Assembly: GCA_976551045.1 (NCBI GenBank)
Contig: CDPCPM010000233.1
Location: forward strand, 9,300,001-9,364,000
Origin: Glaucostegus cemiculus
Taxonomy: Eukaryota
Direction: 5' to 3'
DNA: 64,000 nt
Part shown: positions 1-12,771 of the stretch, piece after piece
Layout: every line of letters begins with the position of its first letter
Position numbering within the stretch: position 1 is the first letter of the stretch
Notes under the pieces: generated by a model
The model's input: the letters and a program-made list of their open reading frames with translations, nothing else
Told to the model about the DNA's origin: nothing
Database searches by the model: none
Position numbers and translations under genes: made by a program

Positions 1-535
1 GATTGGACCACTTTTCCTGTTGAGATTTTGTGCCTTGAAGGTATATTGTTTATTGTAAACTATGTATTAATTCTTTAAATGCTCGTCATTGCTTGTCTTC
101 TGTCATATCTTTTAAACCACCATAGCCAACTCACACTTCATACTTTCATAACTTGCTTCGTTTAGATTTAAGAACATTGTGTTAGATGCAGCTAATCGTT
201 TTCAGTCTTAATTTATGTTTTATCATATTATGATCACTTCCCTCAGGACCCCTTAACTTCAAGATTATTAGCTCTTCTTAATTACACAATACCAGATCAG
301 GTATTGATCACCTCTCATTTCCCTATACTCCAATGAGTATAGGCCCATCTTGCTCAATCATAGAAGAGCCCATTCATTCAACTAATTAACTTATTGGATC
401 TACTCTGAAATGCCTCCAATTCAATTATATCCCTGGTGTGAGTAAGATAAATTGTTAATATACAGATTGGCCATGATCTAACCAAATGACAGAACAGAAT
501 TTTGGGGAGAAATCATCTGTTCCCGTTCCTATGTT
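1..535 (-). mobile_element. Decayed CR1 LINE fragments (end of ORF2 endonuclease/linker at 1-300, 3' pieces at ~310-535)
   Basis: The reverse complement of ~220-300 reads DLVLCN*EELI..LEVKG..GSDHNMI, the same motif as LDWVLCNEPELIRKLKVMEPLGTSDHNMI in the young CR1 at 51170-51260. Confidence 0.65.
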
Positions 536-1189
536 CCAGTGTGCATGAGCTGTGTAACGATGTTGAGTGTCTGTTTCCTGTGCAACTGCTGGTGTAGTTT
601 TTTTTATGGATAGTCTTGCTTCCTTTTTACGTCCATGGGAATTGTGCCATTTTTTTAATGTGTTAGTTGGTGGTATTTGTGTGTTTATGAGTGCAGTGGG
701 GGAGAGAGGATTTTCTAATGAGACTTATGTTTTTGTATTTGATGTGCCTATTAGTGCTACCTGAAGTTGGATCTGTACTTAACAAAGTGGTAGGATCTGT
801 ACTTAACAAACTGTTTATACTGATTCTAAGTCTCAGTGACAAGAAGACAAATTGAAAAGCTATGAGTTTTCTTCTGTAAGTACATCACAAGTCGAAGCTG
901 TTGCAATTCATTACTACCTTTACCATGATGAGTTGACATAAAACAAAGCACTGGCAGCAACAATTATTGCTCATCTGTTTTTCATGACAATAGCAGTGAT
1001 TATTCTGAAAAATAGTTTCATTTACTCTATTGAGGTTTGTGTCATTATTTATGTAAGTATTGATTTGGTTTGATGCATTTATAGATATGGTTCTATAAAC
1101 ATGTATGTTTGTTGTATTGTTGTATGTTCGGGTTCCAATAATTACTGTGAAGATAATTTTGTATCTTAGGCAATGCAAACGTAAAGACA

Positions 1190-1830
1190 TATTTTTGGAA
1201 AGGAGAGCTGAAGATTCACAGAGGTTATAAGGAAGTAGTGATGGGGTTTGGAGGAAGTGGGAGGTGGTTCCATAGGAAAGAAAATGTTTGAAAGCAGAAG
1301 CCAGTGAATATTTTGCCCAAAAGGAACAATACTACAGTAACTTGAAGGGGAGGTTATTGCTTCCAAACTATGAACATTTTAAGTATTTAACTTCCAAGTG
1401 GATTTCCAGTGTTGGTGCTGAGTAATCATGGAAGAGGCTGGAGGGTTCACTGGAGAGTAAGAATTCAGGTAATGCACCGGAGTTGGGAATAAAGGAATTT
1501 GAACAATCCAAGCAGAATGAAAGAGGCTGTAACATATTGGAAGGAAAAGACAAAACAGAGAACAAGTAAGCACAATAATATAGAAGAGAGAGGGCATTGC
1601 CCAGTGGAGGGAAATGATAATGAGGTGAGCACAGTAAACCGAAGAGTAGAGAGCAGAACGTAACAGAGTATTTTGCAGTGAGGAAGGGGCTATGGAGTAG
1701 AGTTCAGTAATGGCAGAGGCAGAGGATGGAATAGTGAAAAGCAAAGCACAGCTTGGAGTGGAGTATTCATGTTAAGGTATGGAGAGTGACAACACAGCAT
1801 GGAAAACAATGTTTTCATTAACTTTCTGAA
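1190..1830 (-). mobile_element. Probable old L2-type LINE remnant
   Basis: Strongly purine-rich + strand and C/T-rich - strand, similar in composition to the L2 at 51340-52570. No clean motif is left. Confidence 0.3.
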
Positions 1831-2239
1831 GAGTTGCTGGAGACTGCAACTTGGGACAGTAGTGTTCGACAATTTATTCATAATATTTACACTTCTTAGT
1901 GCAGATTTATTCCTTCTGGCTGCAGTTATTGGGTTGAAAAATGAAACACAGTTTCCATTCTCAAAGATATTCTCACACAGGACAGAAGGAAACCATTTAA
2001 CCCATCATGTGGACTGTTCTATGCTGGCACTTTAGAAGAACTATTTCATGAATCCCAGAGCCTTATTATTGCCAATAGACTGGCAACTCTCTCATATTAA
2101 AGTAAATGTAAAATAATTTTTTGAATGCTTCTAATGAACACATCAGGCAATACATTCCATCCAGAACAACCCACTACATTAAAAAAGTATCTTTATTTTT
2201 TCCTTTCCTGCTTTCCTTCCCCTTCTAGAACATACTAGC

Positions 2240-2426
2240 TGGGGGTGGTTGGAATCAGGTACTTTCACAACATTTTAAAAAATATCCGGACAAGTACTTG
2301 AATTGCCAAGGCATAGAAGGCCGTGGACCAGGTGCCATTAAATGGGAATAGCGTAGATGGGTCCTAGTTAGTACGATTATGGTGAGCTGAAAGACCTAAA
2401 TCTGTGTCGTATAGCTTTATGACTCC
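2240..2426 (+). mobile_element. CR1 3' end fragment
   Basis: Typical CR1/HER1 terminus: caaggcatagaagg...ggtgagctgaaagacc...tctgtg...tatgactcc. Confidence 0.6.
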
Positions 2427-3342
2427 AGATTTATTCCAGATTATGTTAACTATGTCTAGCGGTTACCAATTCTCCTAATAATGGAAATGGTTTATTCCTT
2501 TCTCCTCTATCCAAACTTCAGAAAATGACCTGATACAACAGAGCATTATGGAGAGAAAAAGCCTCTTCTATTCTGCAGCTGCACTATGTTCCAAGCTCAG
2601 CAATATAACACCATCACACCCTGCACCATCATCATTTTCTCAAACTAGCCATCATGATAATACCAGCAGGCAAGATAGCTCATTTACACCAAATAAGTGC
2701 AAAATTCAAATAAAGAAACTGCAAATTAAATAAAGAAACTGATCAGCTTCAAAGCAAATAAATACTTTTTATTTGCTGGCAAATAGCTAGCAGCTATTTC
2801 TGAGTGCTGATAGAATGCACCAAGGCAGAAATTTGTGAGGCACTGATCATCATAGTAAAGGTGTCAACAGAAGCTAGGGATATTACAGAAAACTGGAAAT
2901 TGGTTAAGGAGTTGTAATATTCAAAATGAATGGCTGAGCAGATACAGATGATTTCGGTTTTCATACTATTTCAAATAATGGAAGTGATCACTGGGACTAA
3001 TGTTGAGGACAATCTGTATAACCATGAAAGAGCAGCAGTCAGCTTGGATTCCAAAGAGGAATGTTACATCTTACCAATCTTTTTGCTTTTTTACAGGACG
3101 TTATTTCCCAAGTCACTGGTGTAATGACTGAAAAGTGGGTCCAAACTGCCAGAAAATGTTTTTATTCAACAGAGTTGAATAAGCTGTGGGTATTCAGTGC
3201 AAACCCTGGATAATTGAAAAGAAGTGAATTTTAAACAATAGCCCAAATATTAACTTGCCCAATTCAAAATGAAAGAACAACTGAGGTGACAATCATGTTA
3301 ATGTGGAATGAAATAATCTTGCGTACGTTTCCAGGCATCTTA

Positions 3343-4397
3343 GGACTCGTCAATACCAACAGCTAAACCCCTCATCTCCAGAATCAACCTGGTGAACTTC
3401 CTCTGCACAACCTCCAAAACCAGTATCTCCTTCCTCAAGTAAGGAGACCAGAACTGCATGCAGTACTCCAGGTGCAGCCTCACCAGTACCCTGTACAGTT
3501 GCAGCATAATCTCCCTGCTCCTAAATTCAATCCCTCTAGCAACGGAAATCAACATTCCATTTGCCTTCTTGATAAGCTGTTGGACCTGCAAACCAACCTT
3601 TTGCGATTCATGCACTCCCAAGTCCTTCTGCAGAACAGCATGCTGCAATCTTTCACCATTTAAATAATAACCTGACCTTCTATTGTTCCTTCCAAAGTGG
3701 ATGACCTCACATTTACCAACATTGTACTCCATCTGCCAGACCCTTGCCCAGTCACTTAACCTAAGTATATCTCTCTGCAGACTCTCCACGTCTTCTGCAC
3801 AATTTGCTTTTCCACTCAGTTTAGTGTCACCAGCAAACTTAGATATGCTACATTTGGTCCCCTCTTCCAAATCATTGATGTTTATCGTGAACAGTTGCGG
3901 GCCCAGCACTAATCCCTGCGGCACCCCGCTCACCACTGATCGCCAAGCACAGAAACACCCATTTGTCCCAACTCTCTGCCTTCTATTGGTTAACCAATCC
4001 TCTATCCATATTAATACATTACCCTCAACTCCATGCATCCTTATCTTATGGATAATTCTTTTATGCGGCATCTTATCGAATGCCTTCTGGAAATCCAAAT
4101 ATACAACATCCACCTGCTCCTATCTATCAGCGGTGCTCATTATATTCTCAAATAACTCCAGTAAGTTTGTCAAACAGGACCCACCCTTCCTGAATCCATG
4201 CTGTGTCTGCCTGATGGAACCACTTCTATACAGATGTCTCGCTATTTCTTACTAATGACAGCTTCAAGCATTTTTCCGACTATAAACGTTAAGCTATCTG
4301 GCCTACAGTTCACTGCTTTTTGCCTACATCTATTAATAAATAGTGACATGTCATTCGCTATCTTCCAATCCTCTGGGACCTGTCCAGAGTCCAGAGC
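3343..4397 (-). mobile_element. CR1 LINE ORF2 reverse transcriptase fragment
   Basis: ORF 3340-4113: VYLDFQKAFDK, SGVPQGLVLGPQLF, KFAGDTK (mutated FADD), LEYCMQFWSPYLRK. CR1 homology continues to ~4397. Confidence 0.95.
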
Positions 4398-5214
4398 ATG
4401 TAGTTCCCTGGAGCATCAGAAATTGGTAGGACAAAGCAATTTGATTTTCAAAATATGTAAAGCAATTTAAGACTTAAATATTGTCTGCAACAAAATATCT
4501 GAACTGTACAAAACATTCTTTTGCACACTTCCACATTTTAACCTAAACTGTGACCTTGCCTGTCAAAACAAATATCTGAAATGGATGATTTTACCAGGCA
4601 TGATTCACAGGTGTTTAATTGCTGGATGCAAATCAGGTCAAATTATAACTTACAACATCCTTCACAGGTTATTCAGATGTAAAATTGTATGACTTTTAAT
4701 TTACCAGAATGGTGTATAAAAGATTTAACTTCTGCCATCAGTCATCAGTCTCACTTTATAACTTTTTCTGTCCCTCTCTCAGTTTTCCTTCCTCCTCAAC
4801 TGACAGTGGAAGACTTGCCCTCAGTTCATTTTTCAGCAGGCATTATCAAGTATGTCTATTTTTCCTGCCTCTATACATTTCATTCACCAATTACAGCCCT
4901 GATGCTGCTTGTGGTGAGAACAAGGCAAACAGCACAATTTGTAGAACAATAAACAACTTGTGCAGTCACCTTAACAGACTCAAAAGTAAGAAGAGAAAAT
5001 ATTATTCAAAAGAAACTTGTATTATAAAGGAATTATTATGGATGCATTTTCTAAGTCCCAAAATGACAGGGATATTTAGAGTGAGGAGGGAGAAACGTTA
5101 GCAGTTAGAAATCTCATGCTGTATACACCATCAATATTATTAGAATATTATTAGAGTATTTACAAATTCCAGTAGCATGACTGGCTTGGCTGCTTTTGCT
5201 GGTATTTGTGAAAC

Positions 5215-6262
5215 TGTGGTAGCACTCTTACAATGGGTTCAGGTATCACTTCAGAGATTTGAGCACGTAATCAATAGATTCAGCAATAAGATTCGTTAGA
5301 ATGGTTCCAGGAATGGTGGGTTTGCCATATGAGGAGAGACTGAGCCGACTGGAACTGCAGTGTTCAAAGGGATGAGAGGAGAGCTCTTTAAAAAAAAATC
5401 ACAAAATTCTCTAATGGTTTGGCTGGCTAGACACAAGGAGGAAGTATCCCCTGACTGAGGCATCTATGATCAGAGACACAATTTGAGAATAAGCCATTTA
5501 AGACTGAGCTGAAGAGAAATTTCTTCTCACAAAGGGTGGTAAATCTGTGGAATGCACTGCCTCAGAGGGCAGTGGAGGCCAATACACTGGGCACTTTTAA
5601 GGAAGAGTTAGATAGGTTTCTTATAGATAGGGGAATCAGGGGATATGGGGACAAGGCAGGAACAGGTTATTGATCAGCCATGATCTCAAAATGGCGGAGC
5701 AGACTCGAAGGGCCGAAAGGTCTACTTCTGCTCCTATTGTCTATTGTCTATTATGTTCATTCAGAATAGAGATTCAATAGATACTGAGCATTAAATGAAT
5801 CAAGGGATAGTACTGAAAAATGGCACTAGGGTAGAAGATCAAGCATGACGTTGATGGATGGTAAAGAAGGCTCGAAGGGATGGATAGCCTACTCCTGCTC
5901 CTTTTTCTTATATTCTTATGTCCCCCAGTGGACTGCTATCCCCCGAACAAGACTTTAATTAGAGGCCCCATCTACTTCCTTGGGTAAAATTTCCATGGTT
6001 CTAACTGAAGATAAACAATTAAATTCCATACTTCCCTGGTGTTTGTTTGTCCTTCAGTTGACATCACTGCACGGGTTATTTAGACATCATCACAACGTTC
6101 TTTATGGGTAATTGCTGAATGCAAATTGGTTACTACATTGGCATTTTTTAATTTCACTGACAACAATTCATCAGTGTTATACTTCCAAAGCATTGTATTG
6201 GTGTAATGTGGCATGGAACACCCAGAGGTCATAAAAGTCTGCTTCAATGCAATCTTTCTTTT
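5215..6262 (+). mobile_element. DeuSINE (SacSINE1/AmnSINE-like), split by CR1 3' fragments: head ~5215-5272, Deu domain and tail ~5922-6262
   Basis: Head ggtagcactct...gggttcagg...cagagatttgagcac. Body agaggcccca...ccatgg...ccctggtgt...acatcact...gcaaattggt...acttccaaag...aatgcaatctttc matches the Deu-domain layout as I recall it. Confidence 0.65.
5275..5920 (+). mobile_element. Two tandem CR1 3' ends (~5275-5753 and ~5754-5920)
   Basis: RNFFSQRVVNLWNALP-coding segment; tail gatcagccatgatc...ggccgaaaggtctacttctgctcc followed by (tattgtc)n; then a second, older tail. Confidence 0.85.
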
Positions 6263-6469
6263 CATTTTCATTTGAGTAAATCATTTATTCATCACACGGA
6301 AAGAAATAAGAATCTTGTAGTTCCATAACTGTAAAGTCGGTTCTCCTGGTAGGGTCTTAAACATGAGAGGGTATTGGGATGGAAATAAGGCTACAACATG
6401 GTGCTAGTTCTGAATGTAGCTTCCTACAAGAATGCTTCACTTTTGCTGCAAATGTTATGAATCTAAGTG

Positions 6470-7420
6470 ACAAAGGAAGACAGAATTATAGCTAACAGTC
6501 TTTGTGGGGTAAAGTATAAAATACATGATTTATGAAAATAATTGACTCAGTGGAAGTTATTGCAATCTATCGTAAAGGGAACAATTCAAGACTATCTGAG
6601 ACACTTCATGTCAAATAAATCAAAGTTGACATTGATTCATGGAAAGCTAAATAGATTTATTGAAATTCTTTTAAGATATGGTGCAGAAAATCACTGGGGG
6701 TGATGTATTTTAACTGCCAGTCTTCAAAATGACATCCTAAAATATTATAATGTAGGATATCTAGTACATTTACTTAATATATCTAATCTGTTATAACATT
6801 TAGTTGAGGTGTAAGCTTGAGCATCCTTGCGGGAAAAAATATTAACATCCTAAGACAGGTTGTATGAAGATTTGAATACAAGAGTGAGACAATTTGCACC
6901 AGTTGTATTCAGCCCGCGTGAGATCACATAATGTGCACATGCAGAATTTGCGGCAAAGGATGTACAGCAAAGGTTCAACAGATGGACCTTGGGATGGTTG
7001 GTTTGTTGGTATGAAGAGAAATTAAGCAGATAAAGCCTAAACAATCTTGAGTTTACAAGAATGAGAGGTTATGTCATTGAAATGTACTAAATGCTTTCAG
7101 TGTTTTCCCTGGCTGTGCTGTTGAGACCTAGGGGTCACAGTCCCAAGACAAGGGGTTGGCTATTTGGGGTGGAGATGAGAAGAAATTTCGTCATCTGAAG
7201 GGAAATAAGTCTTTGAAATCTCTACCCAAGAGGGCAATGGAAGCTCATTTGCTCAATATATACAAGACAGGAATTGGGATATTTTTGACTATTAAGGAAT
7301 CAAGGGATTCGAGATAAATTCAGGAAAGTGATATTGAAGTAGAAGATCAGCCATGATCTTACTGAATGGCGGGACGAGGAGGGGGGTGCTGAATGGCTTA
7401 CTTCTGCTTTTATTTCTAGC
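6470..7420 (+). mobile_element. Decayed CR1 RT and 3' end
   Basis: agaaggttcaacaga-like segment, gagatgagaagaaatttc, and a tail gatcagccatgatctt...gctgaatggcttacttctgct. Confidence 0.7.
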
Positions 7421-8819
7421 CGTAATGTTGTAGGTCACCAACCAAGGAAAAAGGAAGCAGCAAACAAAGGATACCAGATGCCAAACATATAATCATACTT
7501 TTGCAGTAAAATGCCTGAAATCACGCAAGAGCTATCAACTGCAACACACCCCAATGCTAACACCATGACCACCTGCACGAAGGCAGACATGGGCACCAGG
7601 ATCCTGTTGGGACAGAGTAGAAAAGATCTGTTCATGTGGCCTTAAATTACCTCTATACCCTGGTCAGCTGGTTGAGCTCAGATAGTTAAATGAGGCTACA
7701 ATTGCTGAGACCTGCAACTGGAACAAGAGGCAGACCATTCTACACCTTCCTGTCTTCCATCCAGTTGAAATGGGTTATGCATGATTCAGTATCTTGCTAA
7801 ATCTTTGCTTCATGTCTGTCATCGGAAAGATCTACAACTTTGGTGGATGGACATGAGAAGCAGCTCTTTGCAGACAAATTAATGCATTATAAATGTACTG
7901 TGTACAGTAATAACACATAATGTAATTTCTGTGCTATAAGCCATGAAATCATTTGATGTTAATGTACACTGTCAAAATAAATGCAAACAATTACAGCTTG
8001 CTAAACCTTATTATGAGCAATAATGTCTTCAGTCTAGTAGACTGCAGGGATTATTAAAATCACAAAGGATCAATCTCGGGAACGCTGCTGTGATGTATTT
8101 ATTTCTATAATTTTAATATTGTTAATGCAATGTTGAAGTTTCCTACTGATATGTAGTAGGAAACAGTCTGAAAAATCAAGAATACTTGAGATGCCTACCA
8201 ATGACAGGGCATCATCTCGTCTGAGTTCCTCAGCTACTGTATTGCCCCTGACTTTCGACTCATCAAATTGTCTTGGGCCATATCTTTCAATTTTTCAATT
8301 TAGGCCCTGTCAACTCAAGTTCCCACCCACTTTATGGGGCCGTAAATTTTGGAGGCATTTAGGTGTATATGGTGTTTTGTCTCAAGGAATACAAATTTTG
8401 AAACCCTATAAATAATAAGCTTTGCAATTAAAAATAAGAAATGTCAATAAGGACAATGTGGAGCAAACAGTGAGAAAATGAGATTGATTGTATTATCTTT
8501 AAACATAACAAGAATGAAAATAATTTTTGTGAACTTACAAAGTAATCTGGCAGGAAAAGCCCAAGTTCTTCTTCCATCCTTCTGTTGAGATATTTATAAT
8601 ATTGAAACAAACTCTCTCAAGGAATGAAGAATAGAGGATATGATTCATAGCCACAATAAGAGGGCTGGTCTAATGTGTCAGATGCCACTATTAATTTCTT
8701 AGCTAAGATAAACATTAAACATATGGATTACACAGGGATATTAACAGGTTAACTCTCAAATGAAGAGAGGCATTTCAAACAAAAACCTTCAGCTTCTGGG
8801 AATTAGTACTTCATAATTA

Positions 8820-10060
8820 TCTGAGAGCCACAGAATGTATTTTCTGACTGAAGTAGTGGGAAACCACAGGTTTAATAACCGCAAGGAATTTGAAGCAGTT
8901 TCTATCACTAAAGTGAAAATACCAAAGAAATTAAGGGAACTAAGATTTCTGGAAAGATTGTGTTGAAAGGCAATATTTAATACTTAAATAATGTTTATTA
9001 ATTAGAACAATTATTCATTCCTGTTTAGCACAAAAATAAGTCAGAAAGATCATGACTTAGAAAGGAAATTAGGGATAGTGTTAGATTGAAAGAGGAGATA
9101 TTTAAAACTGGTGGGGAAAGTAACAGGCTCGATAATTGTGAGCAGTTTAAAAGCAGCAACAGAGGACAAAAAGATTGATTAAGAGGGGAGAGATGAAGAT
9201 GAGACTAACCTGCCAATTTGCAGTTCATATAAATATATGAAAAGAATAAGATGAGTGAAAATAAATGTAAGTCCCATAGAGTTAGAAATGGGGGAAATTA
9301 TAATTGGGAATAAAGAAATGACATAGAAATGAACACATACTTTGGTTCTGATTTCACAAAAGAGGACATAAAAAACCCTCCTTAGGGATCCAAGGGTTTA
9401 GTAAGAGAGGGCAACTAAAGGAAATCATATTAGCTATGAAATACTATTAGGGAAATAAATGGGGCTAAAGGCTGACAAATCATCAGGGCTTAATAATCTC
9501 ATCAAAGAATAATAAAAGAAGTGGCCTATAAATATTGCGTGCATTGGTAGTCATCTTGAAATATTCTTTAGACTCTAGAGCAGTATCCACAGATTGAAGG
9601 GTGGCAAATGTGACTCCAATATTTAAAAAATGAGAGGGAGATAAAAACACAGAATTCCAGACCAGTTGATTAATACTAGTAGTGGAGAATGTACAAGAGT
9701 TTGTTATGAAAATGTAATAATAGAACACATTAAAGCTATAAAGTGTTTGGACAAATCGTGCTTTCCTGTGGATGTAACAAGTAGAACAGATAAAGGGTAA
9801 TTAGCATATGTGATGCATTTAGACTTTCAGACAGCTATTGATAAGAATCTGCATAAAGGATTAGTGTGCTAAATTAAAGTACATTAGGACTGCAAGTAAT
9901 ATTGGTAGATAGTAAACAGAGGGTCACTTTCCTGCTGACAAGTAGTGACTAATGGGATGCTGCAGGGATTGGCACTTGGGCTCCAACCATTTACAATATA
10001 TAAATTTATGATTTGGATGAGTGTAACATTTCTAAATTTGCAGATGACACAAACCCATTC
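8820..10060 (+). mobile_element. Decayed CR1 ORF2 fragment
   Basis: Remnants of GEIIIGNKEM, VANVTPIFKK, LDFQ..DK, GMLQGLALG and KFADDT with many stops. Confidence 0.8.
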
Positions 10061-10119
10061 CTCCTCCCCATCCAACCAGGGCTAACATTTCCTCTGCATC
10101 CTGCCTATCAAACCTATCA

Positions 10120-10960
10120 GAGATGTCCTTTCTCCTCTACTCAAATCCTCTTGCAATGATGGCCAACATACCATTTGCCATGATAGCCATGTGCTTACTC
10201 TTCATGTTTGTGTTTAGTGACTGGAGTACAAGCTTACCTCGGTCCTTTAGTACATCAACATTTTTCATCTATCATCATTTGAAGAATACTCCACATTTAT
10301 ATTTTTCCTATCAAATGGAAAACTTCACATCTATCTTTCTCCATGGAATCTGCCATTTATTTGCCTACTCACTGAACTTCTCTAGGTTGCCTTGAAATCT
10401 CGTTGCATCCTTGCAACTCATAATCTCATCTACTCTCTGTACCCATAGAAATACTGCACCCAGTTCTGTCTTCCAAGTCATTGGTGTAAATTGTGAGTGG
10501 TTGGGAGCCAAGTGCTGATACCTGCTGTACCCCACCAATCACTGCTTTGCACTCCCTTCTATCCATACTGTTTCCTGCAAAACAATCAGTTTCACATTTG
10601 TTGGTCCTCCCTTATCTCTTTCACCAGTTACATCCTCAAAAACACTCCAGTAGGTTTGTCAAATGCACGTTATAATAAGGTCATGTTTTGTCTAATTCTG
10701 TTGATATTTTGCAAATGACTATCTTTTATAATAGACTCCAGCATTTTCCCTCCTACTGATACCAGTGTAACTAGGCTGTCATCCCCCGTTTTCTGTCTGC
10801 CTTCTTTATTAGATAATGGGGTTACATTCTGTCCTCCAAGTCTGCAGGAACTGTTCCATAATTGAATTTTGGAAGACCTAATGCATCTTCTATTTCCATT
10901 GCTACTTCTTTTAGTACTCTGAGATGCAGATTATCAAGCCCTGTGGATTTATCTGCAATA
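10120..10960 (-). mobile_element. Decayed CR1 ORF2 fragment, opposite orientation to the preceding one
   Basis: Antisense CR1 signatures (atggccaacataccatttgcc, ctgccatttatttgcctactcac, cattttccctcctactgat). Confidence 0.7.
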
Positions 10961-11689
10961 AATGTTTCATTTAGCGATGTAGGACAGATGTTACAGATCC
11001 TGAGCCATCAGAAATTACAGAGAGCTATGAATTTGGAACCATGGTTCAGAAGTCAGATGAGACTGTCAGTGTGTACACTGTCCTTTTGAAGATTCTGTCT
11101 CAGCATTGCATCCTTATCATCTTCTTAGACCATATACTATGCAATAAGTTTGTGGTTTAAGCAGTGAGTAAATTCAAGTGAAGTTATTAAACACATAGAA
11201 TCTCATGTTTCATCTTGCATGCAAAATTGTGATGTTCATAGCGATGGCATTGAGAAATGCTGATGAATTTTGTCCAATACATAGACATAGCAAATGAGTG
11301 AACACTAGAGTTCCAAAGCAGAATCAGAAGCTTGGGGACTAGACAACTATCAGTTTAACATGGCAATATGTTTTAACTGCCTGAAACAAGGACACGTACC
11401 TCAGAATACAACTTTAGAGGCAAGGTAGCAAATCAAAAGAGTTCTAATCACGTGTTTTTTTACACTCACTGAAAGAAGACACAGAGGTCAAAGGAATTTG
11501 ATTTTAGAAGCTAAATACAAAATAAGTAACGACAATATTGTACATTCAGCATGGAATTTTTTTTTAATATTGGCCTCTATTCTACTCTGTGACATGACTC
11601 AAACCTATGGAGTTCAGTGAATCTGAGTAATTTATTTAAATTTGAAACAGCAGCTGTCCCACCTCTGAGCTCTGAAATAGCCAGATAAC

Positions 11690-12010
11690 AAGGGCAAGAA
11701 TCAACCAAAAATGATCTATCTGTGTCTTAAATATATTTAATGCGGTAGCCTCTACTGCTTCCCTGGGCAGAGAATTTCACAGATTCACTACTCTCTGGGA
11801 CAAGCACTTTCTTCTCATCTCCATTCTAAATCTATTCCCCCTAGTTCTAGTGTCACCTACCAGTGGAAACAATCTTCCTGCCTCTATCTTCTATATCCCT
11901 TTCATAGTTTTATGTGTTTCTGTAAGATTCTCTCTCATTCTTCTGAACTCCAGTGAGTTTAGTCCCAGGCAACTCAATTTCTCCTCACAGGCTAATCCCC
12001 TCATCTCTGG
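11690..12010 (-). mobile_element. CR1 3' fragment
   Basis: ctgggcagagaatttcacagattcactactctctgg is the antisense of the QRVVNLWNSLP motif. Confidence 0.8.
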
Positions 12011-12092
12011 AAAGCAGATATGTGCCTTGGAATCAGGAAAATTTGGACACTGATGTTAGAAGTGGTATAAACAAATAGCAAAATATTTTAGA

Positions 12093-12222
12093 GACACAAT
12101 AGAATGCAGATGCTTGAATCTGGAGTAAGGAACAAGATGCTGGAGGAACTCAACAGGTTAGGCAGCATGTGAGGAGGGAAATGGACAGTCAACATTTTGG
12201 GTTGAGACCTTTCATCTGGATC
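12093..12222 (-). mobile_element. Penelope-like element terminal repeat with decayed hammerhead motif
   Basis: The - strand reads cagatga-aaggtctcaaccc-aaaatgtt-gactg...atgctgcctaacctgttgagttcctccagcat, homologous to 23077-23170 and 59868-59965. Confidence 0.75.
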
Positions 12223-12771
12223 TCTAAGTCTATCTTAAAACATTCCTCAAACGTCTTACTTTTTTAGTGTTGCAATGGACAGTGTTGTCAGGATTGTTAA
12301 CATTTATGAAAAAGATTGCAAAGCAAATGCAACATATATTAATTCTGCATTAAAAAGGTGTAGGATTAAGAAACAAAATGTGATGGTCAGTTAGTCAAAA
12401 AATATGCTGAAACAGATTACATTTAACATTTGCAGAATGTGAAAGTCAGGGCACTAATTTAGGTTGTGGCTCTGTGGTGTGACGTTGGAAGCAGACAGAT
12501 ATCCTGGGACAAGCAGAAATGTGCTAACAAACTGTGGTACCTGAAAGAGGTGAAGCAGGGCCAGAATACTGATTGTGAGACAGAGGGTTTGAAATATCTG
12601 AAGGGCCATGTCACTGCAGCAAATGATATTAATGACTGAATTCTAGAAAATTAATGTGAGGTACCATTCAGGGAGCAGTTCAATCTGTGAGAAATGGAAG
12701 GAGGAGGATGATAGGGAACAGGTCTATCTGCTGAAGAGATGAACAATAGCAGTAAGCTGCCTCAAGAAGTT

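Noticed and set aside
769-810. Short direct duplications (also 15644-15708, 18510-18543, 45598-45654, 57080-57112)
   Set aside because: Two or three adjacent units without unique spacers. These are ordinary slippage duplications, not CRISPR-like arrays.
3458-4255. Long + strand ORFs overlapping CR1 (also 13125-13601, 49707-50081, 50437-51009)
   Set aside because: Antisense shadows of LINE ORF2, not independent genes.
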